The notes: generated by a model not told the origin, from the letters alone. A stretch of DNA of 64,000 nucleotides from Podarcis erhardii (GCA_964252035.1 OZ176209.1), one strand, 5' to 3'; numbered from the stretch's first letter, positions 13,701 through 26,410 are shown. Made by a program: numbers and translations.

Positions 13701-14100
13701 GAAGAAGAAGAGTTTGGATTTGATATCCCGCTTTATCACTACCCGAAGGAGTCTCAAAGCAGCTAACATTCTCCTTTCCCTTCCTCCCCCTCAACCAGTG
13801 GTGTAGCGTGGGGGGTGCAGGGGGGCCGGCCGCACCGGGCACAACATCTGGGGGTTAGGGTTAGGGGGCGCAAATCCATGGGTTAGGGGGAGCAAATTAC
13901 TTGCCTTGCCCCAGGTGCTGACAACCCACGCTACGCCACTGCCCTCAACAAACACTCTGTGAGGTAAGTGGGGCTGAGCGACTTCAAAGAAGTGTGACTA
14001 GCCCAAGGTCACCCAGCAGCTGCATGTGGAGGAACGGAGACGCGAACCTGGTTCCCCAGATTATGAGACTACCACTCTTAACCACTACACCACACTGGCT
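13701..14100 (-). mobile_element. tRNA-derived CORE SINE (Squam3-type) interrupted by a hAT MITE
   Basis: Minus strand AGCCAGTGTGGTGTAGTGGTTAAGAGT (A box), GGTTCGCGTCTCC (B-box-like), CORE-like GCTGGGTGACCTTGGGCTAGTCAC, (CTT)n tail at 13701-13710; about 246 bp after removing the MITE and one TSD copy. Confidence 0.8.
13796..13941. mobile_element. hAT MITE (146 bp) with internal TTAGGG motifs
   Basis: 17-bp TIRs CAGTGGtGTAGCGTGGG / CCCACGCTACGCCACTG; 8-bp TSD ccctcaac at 13788-13795 and 13942-13949. Confidence 0.92.
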
Positions 14101-14543
14101 CTCACCTCTCAAGATTCATCTGCTGTAACAGTGGGGTCCAGGTCCAGGCAGATGCAAGCGATTTTATCCTCAAAATACTTTGCAAACAAATCACAGCAAG
14201 CTATCGTTGGTTCTGTCACCTCTTTCGGAACAGAATGTAAAAGGCCCGCACTACCTGGATGGCCCAATGAGAATGTAAGGGAGGCAGCAAATTATGCCTT
14301 CTTTGCTGTCTTCACTGCCACTAGCTAGGCTTGATAATGAGCCCTCACCACTGTTCGACTGCATTTAATTGGAGTTTTCCTTCACTTGCATTTGAGCAGT
14401 CTCCCATCTTGTTTCCTCACCATCAGCTCTGGTGCATACCAAGGAGCAAGATGGGCTCCTCAGAGCTGGAGAAGGTGTGATCAGGAGTGATCATGTCAAC
14501 AACAAGCTGGGGGGGGCTGGAAATGTCAACTAAATTAGCATAC

Positions 14544-14711
14544 CTGTTTAACAAATTTCTGTCATCGCTACAAGTTAAAGCTTCTAACAATATTTTCTTC
14601 TCCGATACTGCCATAGTAGAGTGGAATTTCATCCAGATGAATTCCCATACATCTTCATCCATCAGTGAAACTCCTGTGCAGTAGACGATGTCTCTTACAT
14701 TAAGAGGTATT
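14544..14711 (-). CDS. TRHDE: TRHDE coding exon (probable exon 16): (R)IPLNVRDIVYCTGVSLMDEDVWEFIWMKFHSTMAVSEKKILLEALTCSDDRNLLN(R)
   Basis: 168 nt overlapping ORF 14423..14662; acceptor ttttaaaag|A, donor CAG|gtatgc. Confidence 0.97.
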
Positions 14712-15899
14712 CTTTTAAAAAAAGAAGGGAGAAAAAAACATATCCTAGTAATATTATATTAATAAGATGTTCCAACAAAAGAATATACATCTTAAAGCTA
14801 TACTGGTCATGTGACACAAGTGGACTGGGCAGGTTAAAATTATGTTTTTGTAATTTGACTTCCCTATGCTTTAAAATGGTGAAAGGGGTAAGGGAATATA
14901 ACTTATGACCCTTATGTTGATTCCCTGACTTAAAATTCCCTCCCTGAGCTATAAACTGCAGGGGGGGGGGCAGGGAAGTATGGGCAAAATTTTTGTACCT
15001 GTAGGAAATATAACAAGGAAAACTTGAACCAAACCAAATTAAAATTTGGGCAGGTATAATCTGTGCTAACAGGCAGAAAATCTCCTCCTGCCTGCTGCTA
15101 AGGGCCAAACCACCCCAGAGAAACTCCCTCATGCAAGGTATCATGAAGGGAGGCAAAGCCATCTTCCCATAAAGGGAAGCTGCAGGTACATGCCCTGATA
15201 GGTACGTGTCCCACCCCTGTTCAGCATTCAACAGGTGGCACCTGCCAGGCCCCAAGAGCACCAGACCAAACAGCCCTGCAAAGCGGCCGAGAATAAAGGC
15301 CGGTTAGTGGGGTGCCCTTCATCCAACATGCCTCAGGGTGCTGACCATTATCTGCCTGCACGAAATGACAAACCAACCAAATAGCCAAATTAAGCCCTAA
15401 CCCACCACAAGCCAATCAAATTCAGAGCAGACTGAAGTGGGTTAAAAAAGGGACCCCCAAATTAGGATGCTCCCCACTCAGCTCCATTTTGGAAACTGGC
15501 TAAGCCCACTTTGCTCAAGAGGAGGAGAGCATGATGCCACTGTGAATCAGAGAAGGAAGTCTCAGGGGAGGAGCAAGCTATTTATGCAAGCTCCCACTCC
15601 TATTTCAGACCAAGTGTGAAGGACAAACTCCCCTTCTACTCCCAAGGAAAGCCAGTGAAAAGTCCTTCCTCAGTGGGGTGGAGTATTCCCAACTGAAGAC
15701 AGGGATCAACTTTATAGTTGGGGGTGGGAAAGGTGCAATATGTTGCTGTCTACTTCACAGGATCCCTGACCTGGACTTGCAACAAAAAAAAAAATAGGCA
15801 GAGGATTTGGGAGAATAATTCATCACCTGTCTACCTCATACCTGCACAACCTCCTTAGAAGCGTTTGGCTGAATGGCACAAACGGAGGGAATAATAGGC

Positions 15900-16642
15900 T
15901 GCAATGCTCATATCAGTCCAATACAAAATTCGATGAAAAAATGATTACCGTCCTGGTCCCAATCTCAAATTGAAGCAAGTAAAATTTTAAATGGTACCCA
16001 CTTAGAATGAAACAAAGGATTTGACAGACGCAGCAATTTGGAGAAAAAGAAGGTGAGGTTTATTGCTGAGCAATAATAGACCCAGTTGAGACTGGGACCC
16101 CAAAGCATTCAAGTTCTGAGGTTAAATACCTGAGCGCATCACAGATCATGAGACAATCACAAACGCCAGCGAAAAATAACCAATGAGCGCGCTTTCTGCC
16201 ATGCTCCTGGCCGTGCACAGAGTTCACTCCCAACTTCTGCTTTCCTGTACAGTAACGTAGTCTGACCTTTTCTCTAGTTTGATGGAACAGGGAAACGAAA
16301 CTTCAGGGGAGGGGATCTCCTGGCGCTAACTCCCCTATGCATCTGCTCATGTAGGGAGTTTTTGTGGTTTGGCCCTTCCTGTTTCATGGACCATTTTAGT
16401 CTGGATCTGAGGGGGAGATTTGTACCAGCGCCTTCTGATTTATGGCTTCCCCTTTTCTCTAGGGTGTAAAATGTACTGGGGGAAAGGTCAGTGTCTGAAC
16501 TTGCGGTTTCAAGCAGTTTTGCAGTTAGGCTAGGCAAAAGCTTTTCTTGATTCAAATGGATTATAAAAATCACTGTAAGCCCTGATTATGTGTGAGCATA
16601 TGTGGATATATTGATAACTGATAACTGATTATATGAATAGCA
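15900..16642 (-). mobile_element. Possible solo LTR
   Basis: On the minus strand: CCAAT-type box (~16180), TATTTAA (~16125) and AATAAA (~16062) in U3-R order; imperfect TG..CA inverted termini. No clean TSD found. Confidence 0.3.
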
Positions 16643-17347
16643 TAAGGGTAGCCCTCCTTTTCTTGCTTTAAAATATGTCTTATTCTTAAACATTTATATT
16701 TATTAGTGTAAAACTTTTTTTTTCATACTTGAAGTCATAGTTAGGGTTGTACCGTCAATTGGCAGCAGACAACTATCACTTACATTTTTATTTAAAATTA
16801 TTGATCGTTTAGATGGCTTTCAAAAGGCTTTCCCTACTAGTAGGGCTGTAAGCCAACAAGACATCTGCAAAAAGAAAAATAGAGGCAATTCCTTTCAAGC
16901 TGATTGTCTCATTAGCTTTGCACACAGACCAAATGCTGGGATACAATCAGCAGTATACCTGAGCTGAACAGTGCACCATCTGAAAATATTTATCACTTCC
17001 TACAGTAAGAAGGTGCTTATCTCTTGCTTCCTAAAGTTTATTTCTATGAAAATTCAGTCTATTTATCATCCTCCATGTATCCTTTGCTCAGTGGTGATTA
17101 CTCTTCAGTAGATATGTATAGGATTGCACTATACATTTACAAATCCACTTCACATCTATTTCAACTATACTTCAAACTGCACTGAGTACAATTTTGTTGA
17201 ATTATTAGTGGACAATTACAAAAAAAAATACACAAATACATAAAACAATGAACACCCACATAAAAAATTATCTTTAAAAAGAGCAGAATCACAAATATAC
17301 AAAAGCAACAATCTCCCCCCAAATTTTATCTGTAATAACAGTTGCCA

Positions 17348-18375
17348 CAGGACTTGCTGGATCAAGCCAAAGGCCAATCTAGTTTAGCATCATGCTTTGC
17401 ACGTTGCCAACCATGTGTTTGGGGAGCCAGGAAGCAGGATACGAGCTCATGGCACCCTCATGTTTGTGATGCCCAGGCATATGGATTCCATACCTAAACA
17501 ATGAGGAGTTTACCAGCTCATGGATGAAAATTATGGTTAGAAAAGCCACTTTGATTGGTATGCCACCTTCTCTTCTGTACCATCTGGGCTATGATACCGC
17601 CCTTGAATCTCTGAGGCAAAGGCTCTGGGACATATCACATAGTGATCTCCAATCTCAATCTCATGTTATCTGTGGCCCATTAGTAGAAATTCACTATGGG
17701 TTCGAGTTTCAGACACCTGCATATCTGAGAAATTTGTCTGTACCAACATATCGGCGTCTTTTCACCAAAGCCAGATTAAATATATTCCCATCAAAAGTGT
17801 TGAATGGCAGACTGAGAGGTATTCCTTATCAAAATAGGATCTGTGTGTGCTCTCAGGACGTTGACTGCATGTGGTATATTTTATTGCATTGCAGACAATA
17901 TGATCAAGCTAAGGAACTGTTGATTAAACCACTATTGTAAAATCGACTGGGTCAACCCGAAGCCTACTATATCAAATATCTTCTGGACGACAAGTCCAAT
18001 GATATCACAGTGGCCATGGCAAAGTTTCTTTCAGTAGTAATACGAATCAAAGATCAACAGGCCCATGACTAAACAAATAACACTTCAGAATCTGTATTTT
18101 AATCTGAATCAATGTTATGGGTCGTTGGACCGCAATAAAGATTATTATTATTATTATTACTACAGGCATATGGCTCAAAGTGGCTCAAGTTGGTGGTGAT
18201 CACTATTACTTCTGACAAATTCTGTAACTTAATTCTGGTGTGAATAAATACTCTTTTTTGTCTGCTTTGAATATTCCATTCAGCTTCTTTAGATTAGCCC
18301 AGGTTCTAGAATTATTAAAGTGGAAAAAGAACTTCTCTCCATTCACTTATCCATACCATAATTTTATATACCCTT
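17348..18375 (-). mobile_element. Old CR1 3' fragment split by a later LINE insertion
   Basis: gctggatcaagccaaaggccaatctagt.. (17355-17480) continues after 18173 as caagttggtggtgatcact..ttgtctgctttgaat..cattcagcttc..ataattttatatacc, the usual minus-strand CR1 3' sequence. Confidence 0.65.
17485..18162 (+). mobile_element. 5'-truncated non-LTR retrotransposon 3' end (C-terminal zinc-knuckle region; clade uncertain, RTE-X/Rex-Babar-like)
   Basis: Frame open from 17485 through ORF 17524..17940 (RRLFTKARLNIFPSKVLNGRLRGIPYQNRICVC..ILLHCRQY), one premature TAA, then 43 more codons to TAA at 18070-18072; AATAAA plus (ATT)n tail; 11-bp TSD caggcatatgg at 17474-17484 and 18163-18173. Confidence 0.85.
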
Positions 18376-21312
18376 TTCCCTCTAGTTCATTTGGGTTTCT
18401 TTCTCTTTTTTTAGATTTTTAGACAGAAGGTATCTTCAAGGTTTACATCTGGTGGTTTAACAGTTCCATGGTTTTAAAGCTCTAGTCGCCCAACTTCAGT
18501 GTTTATGCAAGAGCAGAAAGCATTCACTTGCTACGTTAACTAGAGGGAATTGGAAATGGTGGCTGAGTGTTATTTAAGGATATACTGCCAAAGATCTTCC
18601 TTTGTTAGAATAAACCCCTCCTGGGCTATCTCGCCTGCACTCATTTTTTAAACCAAAGCTATGATCAATACTTCAGAGAGTATGCTTCAGTTTTGAAAGC
18701 ATTTTAAATGGCTTTCATTTGAATACATGCACTGTTGTGATTTATTTAACTTTATTTATCTTGCATAGGAGACATGGCAAGGATAAAATATGTGGCTAGC
18801 ATAGCTGCTGATTAAAAATTAAGCACTTTGGAAAATGTTAAAAATTAAACAGAAAAAATAACAATTAAAATCATGCTGTGCCTTTACAGAGAAATCTATT
18901 TTTTCAATGATTAATAATAAAGCTTTACAAAGAGTTAAGAATAATCTTTTAAGTTATAATTAATTGGTACATGCTTGTTCTTGTTTAAACTAAGTTCTAA
19001 CAAATGGAAATACATTTATAAAATAGGCCCTTAATTATTTATCTTCTAGGCAAATGGTGTTCTAATTTCTTAAAATGTAATTGGATGCAATTTAGGCAGC
19101 TCTTTGATTTAGTGACATGCTTCAAACCATTTAGGGAAACATTTAAGAAAGGAAATTAATCAGATGTCCCGTTTTAATTCTGAGAATTTAGCCAAAGCTT
19201 TTCAGTGTGTTTGATTACAGATTTGTTTTATATAACACTCCCATATGAATAAGAACTAACTTTTCAAAATTCTGGATGAACGTAATAATTGCTCTTTTAA
19301 ATGCTATGATGATTATTAGGGTAGTGATAAAGTGGGAAATCAAATCCAAACTCTTCTTCTACTACTACTACTACTGCTGCTGCTATTTGGGTATAAGCAC
19401 TATTAATTCCTAACAAACCATACTCACAACATAGAAATACAAAATGAGAACCCAAAATACATAATACAGCAAAAACAAATCAATAACCCTCCCTCCCAAA
19501 AATATTATTATTATTATTAATCGTGGATTGCTGATTTTATCCTAGGTTTGGCTAACCAAGCACCCCAGTATGGGGCAACATTTTCACAGGTGGAAGAATT
19601 ACCTTAACCACCTGCTTCTCCCTTGCCAGAACATTTCAGTCTAGCTGTTACAATTTTCCTTCCATCACAGAGACAACTGCAGAAGCTCACCTCATACTAT
19701 CCCTTCCTCAGTGAGACCCATAACTACAGTGCCTCACTCCTCGGACCTATCTCCATATCTCACCAGCCTCTGGCTCTCTGAGATGAAAAAAGCAACTACT
19801 TTGCATGCAACTTTCCTGGTATCTTCATTTTTCTATAATGAACTTGGATCTAAGATTCCACCTCATAATTCCCAATCTCTGCTACAGTAACTAAGCACAT
19901 GGTCCAGACAGCATATGGGTTGGCTTACCCGTGTAATGCATGAATCCTTTCTATTATGTGTTTCTTTACAGGTGCTTCACCCCACAAAGCTGTTTCCTTG
20001 CTTCTAAGTCACTTCCAATTGACTGTATCGCTATTGACTGTATTGACCTGTATTGCTATCACCTTTAAACCTTGGTTTATAAATAAACATTGCACTTGCA
20101 ACTTGCGTGGTTATTGCTGGCTCTCTGGAGCAAGCACACAAATACTGATTGAAATTCCACAAAGTAAGCAAAGTTATCCAAGATAATTCAATTCTGTAAG
20201 CATGCAGACAATTATTTCTAGTAAAGATTCCTCGAGTAGTACTGTTAATTCCAAAATTAGGACTTATATACGATATGTGGTTATGCACACTAGCAAATCT
20301 GGTAATAGTCTCTACACAACTGCAACTCCCTGTCTCAATATTAGAAACAATAAAATAAAACTATAATCACTGGTCTGTACATGCAATATTTGGAATGGAT
20401 AGTTAAGTTTCAATGTGGTGTTTGGACTAAGTGGCCCTACTAGTCCTTGTGTTCTGTGGTTAAATCGCTTATAAGTCACTCATGAGGTTCTTAAATTAAT
20501 AGATATATCCAGACCATAGCATTTAGCAAGCAACCCTTTGCTTTACTTGACAATCTAAAAGACGTAGGGAATAAACTGTCTTCTTAATGACATTGCCAGA
20601 CAATAAAGCCTGTATTTACTTGTTATCATGTTAATCCTTAATCCTATTGGATATATGCCCTGGGTCTTCTTTCACAACACTAAAGTCTTGATTAAGTTGT
20701 ACTCAGCACACTCTTCTTTCTACTTAAAACAGCTTTATTGATTTCACTGCAAGACTCTACTCCATTGTTGCAATAGCCTGTTAATTAACTAATTTCGGCA
20801 ACATTGGTTGCTATCCTCTCTCTGTGCTATTCTAAAATAATATACTGTATGACTTCATTTACACCTGCATAGATAATGTAGCCACCATTTGTTTAAAGTA
20901 CATCCTTAAGGCTATACATAGCACAGAACAAAGAATTATATGTGCAGGGAGATGTAGATTCACTGACACATTAAAAATTTATCCAAGAGTGTCCAGAAGG
21001 CTGAGAAAGTTCCATTGAGGCCAATTTCATTCTGTGACTAGTTAAACATGCTGTTAATGAGTTTAAGGAAACAAACAAGCATAAAAACATAGGCGGAAAG
21101 TTGTTCTGATTTGCAATATTACCCACAGACTATGAAGGCAGAAGACACATGGCCTCAGTTGCTCAGGGCTTTAAACACTAGTGTAAGCACATTGAAATGG
21201 CCTTATTTCTATAAGGTGAAAACCAGCACAACTGCTTCAAAGCATGGGTTACATGAACTCTAAATGGAACCCTGGGCAATAATCTGGCTACTGTATTTTG
21301 GATCAGTTAATG

Positions 21313-21572
21313 CAGGGGTCATCAACCTAAGACCCATGGGCCGGAAGTAGCTCATGGAGGTCGTTTGACCAGCCCACAAGCTGCCCCCGAACTGAGGTGC
21401 CCACTCACGCGCTGCACTAAACTGGCGCAGTGCATGGACTCACTTCTGTGGCACTGGAAATCGCGTCTGTGCATGCACAAATGCCAGAAATCAGGGGGGG
21501 CGCAATTTGGCCCACAGAAGGATATCTGCAGGACCGATATGGCCCAGGCAAGATAAACCTTGCTGACCCCTG
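21313..21572. mobile_element. hAT MITE (260 bp)
   Basis: TIRs CAGGGGTCA / TGACCCCTG; perfect 8-bp TSD agttaatg at 21305-21312 and 21573-21580. Confidence 0.9.
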
Positions 21573-22627
21573 AGTTAATGTGTTTGAATAGTCACAGAAT
21601 GCACTGCAGTAGTCCAATCTGAAGGTTACCAGAGTGAGGGAGCACAGAGTACTCGTGATCTGTGTCCCAGAGGGGCCATAGTTGGTGAAAGCAGATGGAG
21701 CTGGAAATATGCACTCCTAGCCCAATGCTACTTGAGCCTCCAATGTTAGATCCAGGAGTAGCCAAACTGAGTAAATAAACATGATATAATTGGAGAACTT
21801 GTACATGATTGGTGTTCCTCCTCCTGTCACCATTTCTTTCTTGTGCTTCGTAAGTAAGAATACAGATTAAGTGAATCTATCTCCAGAAGAAACTCTGAAA
21901 AGGATAATGTATTTTGAAACACGTTTTGCTTTCAAAGCTGATGCATTGCGAAGGTTAAAAAGGTTAACAAGGCTGATTCTTGAGCACAGGCAGACCTTAT
22001 GGTAATTCTTTTAATTTTTTAGGCTGAGCCACTAGGCTGTCATAAGTAAGGAGTGTGAGTAATGCACTTCTTCACACATGAAAGGGCTGTAGCAAACATC
22101 TTAATTTCCCGAAAGCAATTGCTTCACAGTACAGTACTGGAGATGAATTTCAGAAACTCCATTTTGATGCACAATACACATTTAAACAAATGCATGTATT
22201 TAAATAGTTTTGCTAGTTTTCACTTAATGGTAGGTTTCAACGATGTCTAGTGGCTCAGTGAAATGGTACTAAGATTAAATTTGTTGTCTTTCTGGTGTCT
22301 ACTGAACACTTTCTCTTCCAACAAGTGTTATAAGTAAGACTTTTCTCAGTTTGCATCTGCATCTGTATTGGAACTGTTTTTAAGAAGTTTTATTGATTTG
22401 TTGCTTCTTGTTTGCTGCCCTGGGTGAGATATCAATTTTAATAACAACAATAATAATGTTAGCCCCTCTCTCTTGGAATTTGCATTTCAACTACTGAATT
22501 CATTTTAATTTTTTTAAATCATGTCAATCTCTAGGTAAAATGTATTTTTAAAAAGCGAGGAGGGGAGTAATTCCAGTAATTCCAACTAAGAGGAAAAGAG
22601 GAGATGCATGCTGCAATCCTTTTTTAC

Positions 22628-22735
22628 CTGTTTCTGTTGCTGGAAATCCAGTCTGATATTAGGGTTGCAGCCTGCTGGTGGCAGTGCTTGTTACCAAAGC
22701 TGCAAGCCAGCATAATGACTTCACGGCGTAACTCC
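22628..22735 (-). CDS. TRHDE: TRHDE coding exon (probable exon 15): (E)ELRREVIMLACSFGNKHCHQQAATLISDWISSNRN(R)
   Basis: 108 nt; acceptor ttacccag|G, donor CAG|gtaaaa. Confidence 0.96.
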
Positions 22736-23605
22736 CTGGGTAACCCCAAAGCAGAAACAAAAATTGTGTTAGGGTCATATTAATGAATATGTTCAAGTGC
22801 TCAAATGAAAATGCACAATTGGTTACAAGATCTAAACCAGCGGTTCTCCCCCAATGGACCACCTGAAAATTGCTGAAGGTCTTGCTTGTTGTAGCAATTG
22901 TAATGCACTGTGCTAGCTTTTGTATTGCATTTTTATTGTATTTTTACAATTTTATTTTGTAAAATAATACATAATATATAAAAAGATTTTTATTCTTTTA
23001 TTTTTTATATGTTATATATTATTGTATTGCAACTGAATCCCATAAAATTCAGATTGTAATACAATCAAATGCAATATAAGAAATTAAATATAATTAAAAA
23101 TCTATATGATAATTAATAAGGTGGTTGTGCTCCCTCCTGTCTTGAACCACTAATCCACAGATTCACTGCAGTTCACCTAAACAAACCTCGTGGACCACTG
23201 GTGGTGCACAGACCACAGTATCCTACAATGGTAAATCAGTTAATAAGCAATTACATTTCTACAAAGCCAGCCAGTTACAAGCATGCATGCCCCTTGGTCT
23301 TGGTCCTTCTCCCAAATGTAGCTAGAACTTAAATCATAACTAAGGAGCAGTTTAGTTTTCAGAGCCTAGTAAAAGTAGACACTTTCATAATAGTAAAGCC
23401 CCAAAATGAAAACAAAAGGCACAATCCTTTGCAATTTTATGTCCCACTGATTCAACAAGAGAAGTGGAAATATACTCAGCCCTCTCTTACGATAATCAGT
23501 GGAGCGTGCCCAGAAATAAGCATCAGGTTCATTAAGCCTATGGAGTTTGGTTCACTACAAATGCTCTACAACTGTTAAAAATGGAAAAGAAAAGTGTTAC
23601 AGTAC

Positions 23606-23703
23606 TCGTGTTGGTAGGAAGCTTGAACAAATGATTTGTCCAAATTATTTGTTGGCCATCCAAGCTTAAGATACATTGAAGCAACTTGTCTTAATATATA
23701 TTC
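23606..23703 (-). CDS. TRHDE: TRHDE coding exon (probable exon 14): EYILRQVASMYLKLGWPTNNLDKSFVQASYQH(E)
   Basis: 98 nt; acceptor tgtttcag|GAA, weak donor CGA|gtactg. Confidence 0.95.
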
Positions 23704-24031
23704 CTGAAACACAAAAGGGGGAAAAGAACCCTGCATCAGATATTTTCATAGTTAAAAGATAACATGCTCCATTCAGTCCAAAGATAGCTTTTAAAATAGT
23801 TTTATTACATGTGACATTTTAAAGATAGTAGTAGCCTATCTTTTCAGCCATGTGTGTCATCAGTGGGGCTCAAAGTATGAGATAATGTCACTTGTTGTGT
23901 GACACCTACCAACCTGCACAGTGAGGCTTTGTGTTTGGCAGCAGGCTGTGTGTGTGTGTAGAAGGTCTGATTTTAAAGTGGGAACCATGCCAGTGGCCAT
24001 AAGTGGAATCCTAGCTTTCAGAGGCTGAGTA

Positions 24032-24266
24032 CAGTGGTACCTCAGTTCTCGAACGTATTCCATTCTGAAAGTCCGTTCAACTTCCAAAACATTCAAAAAC
24101 CAAGGCGCACCATTCGATTGGCACAGGAACCCAGGAATCAATAGCCGACAGCCACATCAGACATTTGTCTTCCGAAAAACGTTTGAAAACACTTACTTCC
24201 AGGTTTTTGGCTTTCAGGAGCAGAAATGTTCGAGTACCAAGGCGTTCGAGAACCAAGGCTCCACTG
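24032..24266. mobile_element. Tc1/mariner (Tigger/pogo-like) MITE
   Basis: TA|CAGTGGTACCTC..GTTCTCGAAC ... GTTCGAGAACCAAGGCTCCACTG|TA; TA target duplication. Confidence 0.85.
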
Positions 24267-24394
24267 TAGTTCCAAATGAATGCACCCTCAGAGAGAATCA
24301 CTAGTGCCATATCCACTTTCAAAGCAGAGAGAGAATGAACATACACTTGGACCGCCTGGCCACATCATAAAATGCTTCCCCCAAATTTTAAGGT

Positions 24395-24518
24395 GGAGTA
24401 CTGTTGTGCTCATGTCCAGTTTATGGACTACTCATGGTCACCTGCTTGGCCAGTGTGAGAACAGGATGCTGGACTGACTGGGCCATTGGGCTGATCCAGC
24501 AGGCACATTTTATGTTCA
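24395..24518 (+). mobile_element. CR1 3' terminal fragment
   Basis: ggccagtgtgagaacaggatgctggact..gggccattggg.ctgatccagcaggc..ttatgttc; boundaries approximate. Confidence 0.65.
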
Positions 24519-25830
24519 CAAGTTTCTTTCTATGCCAACCACAATGAATGGACAGGAAAACCTGGGTCCAAAAATTCTTCCCAGCTCAACTTAAAAATCC
24601 TCCTGAAAGAATGGAGTTTAGAAGTGCTTGAAGTCAGCTGGATCATTCCTGGTTTTCTTAAACATGTAATGATGTATGTTTGACACAAGTATGAAAATAC
24701 TAGCTTAGACAGGCTAGTATTTACCTTGCTAGGCAACTCTTGACTTAAAAAATGCATGTTTGAGTAATGTCCGTCATTAAACATTTACAAGTGACACATT
24801 GAGGCCACACACAGAGATGAAATTGATAGGCTTGGCTGTCTTTATATGCACAGATATGGCAAAACCATTACGTAGGCACAGCCAATTGATGTGATAATAT
24901 TGAATAATGTGAGCTGCATCTCAAGATTGGACAATTTAACGATGCCTGTATTTCAATGTCATTTTAGTTGTTGGCACTTTTACAAAGGCAAGCGTAACAA
25001 GTTTTCTGCTTTTGACCCTTACACAATAGGGACCTTTACTTTTTATGACAAGCTGTAAAGTATGCCTCTGCCATCATAGTCATATTGTAATTTTCTTACT
25101 GCCAAATACCCATGTTTAAGTGAAATATAAATTCAATTCAGTTTTAAGAATGTAGTTTACGTTATAGTAGCACAATATGAGTGAATAATTTTTATTTACA
25201 CAGCAGCTCACTCAGTTGCATAAGGATGGTATATGACAATATACCGTCTTTTGGCAAGTAAGTTATTCTTGTGACAAAAATTAATTTACGAAGTCCGTTG
25301 TCAGCTCTCGCATGATACCTTGGGAAGATGCAGAATAAGCCAGCAATGTTTTTGCTATTATTTACTCAAATTGCATTTTTCCCCAGTCAGACTAAATAGG
25401 GCGTCAGCAAAAGATACAGTACATTTATAATGATTCTTCAGCACAGGGAACAACAGGCTGGCAACTCTGATTTCAGCATTGCATGACAGGGAAGGAAGGG
25501 TACACTGCATAGAGGTCAGTGTCCATTGGCAGTCATTAGAAGGATGAAAGAATGGAGGCATCACGCTAGCATGGAGCTGCAATAATTCCTTGCCACCCTC
25601 TGCCCCCATACTTGTGTCAATGTAGGTGGCAAAGGACCTTCGGGAAAGGGTGGGGAAAGCTCAAAATGCATGAGCCAAGTTCAAAAAAAATGAAATAAAC
25701 TTTTATAGGACACACACATTTTCGTCTCGTATTTGTTGCTAGCTGGTTTAGGTTTCTAACTGGTCCTGGGCTACATTTAAACCAGACCATATGTTGTTGA
25801 GCATTTAATTCATGCAGAATGTGTCTTTTT

Positions 25831-25971
25831 TCATAGAATCATGTTGAAAGGGACCCCAAGGATCATCTTCTAGTCCAACTCCCTACAATGCAGGAACATA
25901 CAGCTGTCCAACATGGGAATCAAACTTGCGACCTTGGTGATGTCACCACCACGCTCTCATCATCTGAGCTA
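25831..25971 (-). mobile_element. tRNA-head / CR1-tail SINE (Squam2-like)
   Basis: Minus strand TAGCTCAG..GAGAGCGTGG..GGTCGCAAGTTTGATTCCC tRNA-like head followed by CR1-type tail ..TTCAACATGATTCTATGA. Confidence 0.65.
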
Positions 25972-26410
25972 CATCAATTTCTATATTTTATTCTATATTG
26001 CAAATAGGACTGGGGGAAATCCTTGTCTCTAACACTGAAAAGCAGATGCCAGTCAGTGTATACTGAGGTGACTCAGCGTTTCATATGTTCCTAACTTATT
26101 AGATGAATCATGATACAACCCCCTTATTTATTTTTATTTTCTTTTTCAATTCCCTGGAAGACAGTGTGCCCTTCTCTTCAGTATTGGGAATGCATATCTG
26201 CTGGTTTTCTTTTGTTTTAAAGGCAAATAGTCCATCCTCCCCCTGCCCAACTATATACACACACATAAAAAGGAACTTGTGGGGCAGGGTCTAAAATGCA
26301 TTTGGGATCCACCTTGGCTATGCAGAAAAGCCCTAAGCAAGTTACAGGATTTTACTGGGCTGGACAACAATAGTTCAGTGGTCACAAGAAAGAAAGACAA
26401 ATATATTTAC

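Noticed and set aside
13796-13941. True interstitial telomere or chromosome-fusion scar
   Set aside because: Only 2-3 TTAGGG units, enclosed by TIRs and an 8-bp TSD, and repeated in a second MITE copy.
14423-14543. ORF-track extension YANLVDISSPPQ... after LLNR as true protein sequence
   Set aside because: It begins exactly at a consensus donor (CAG|gtatgc); the TRHDE frame continues in the exon at 11888.
14695-15261. 188-aa ORF, the longest in the window
   Set aside because: No recognisable motifs, low-complexity composition, and it runs through the exon 16 acceptor tract; treated as a chance ORF.
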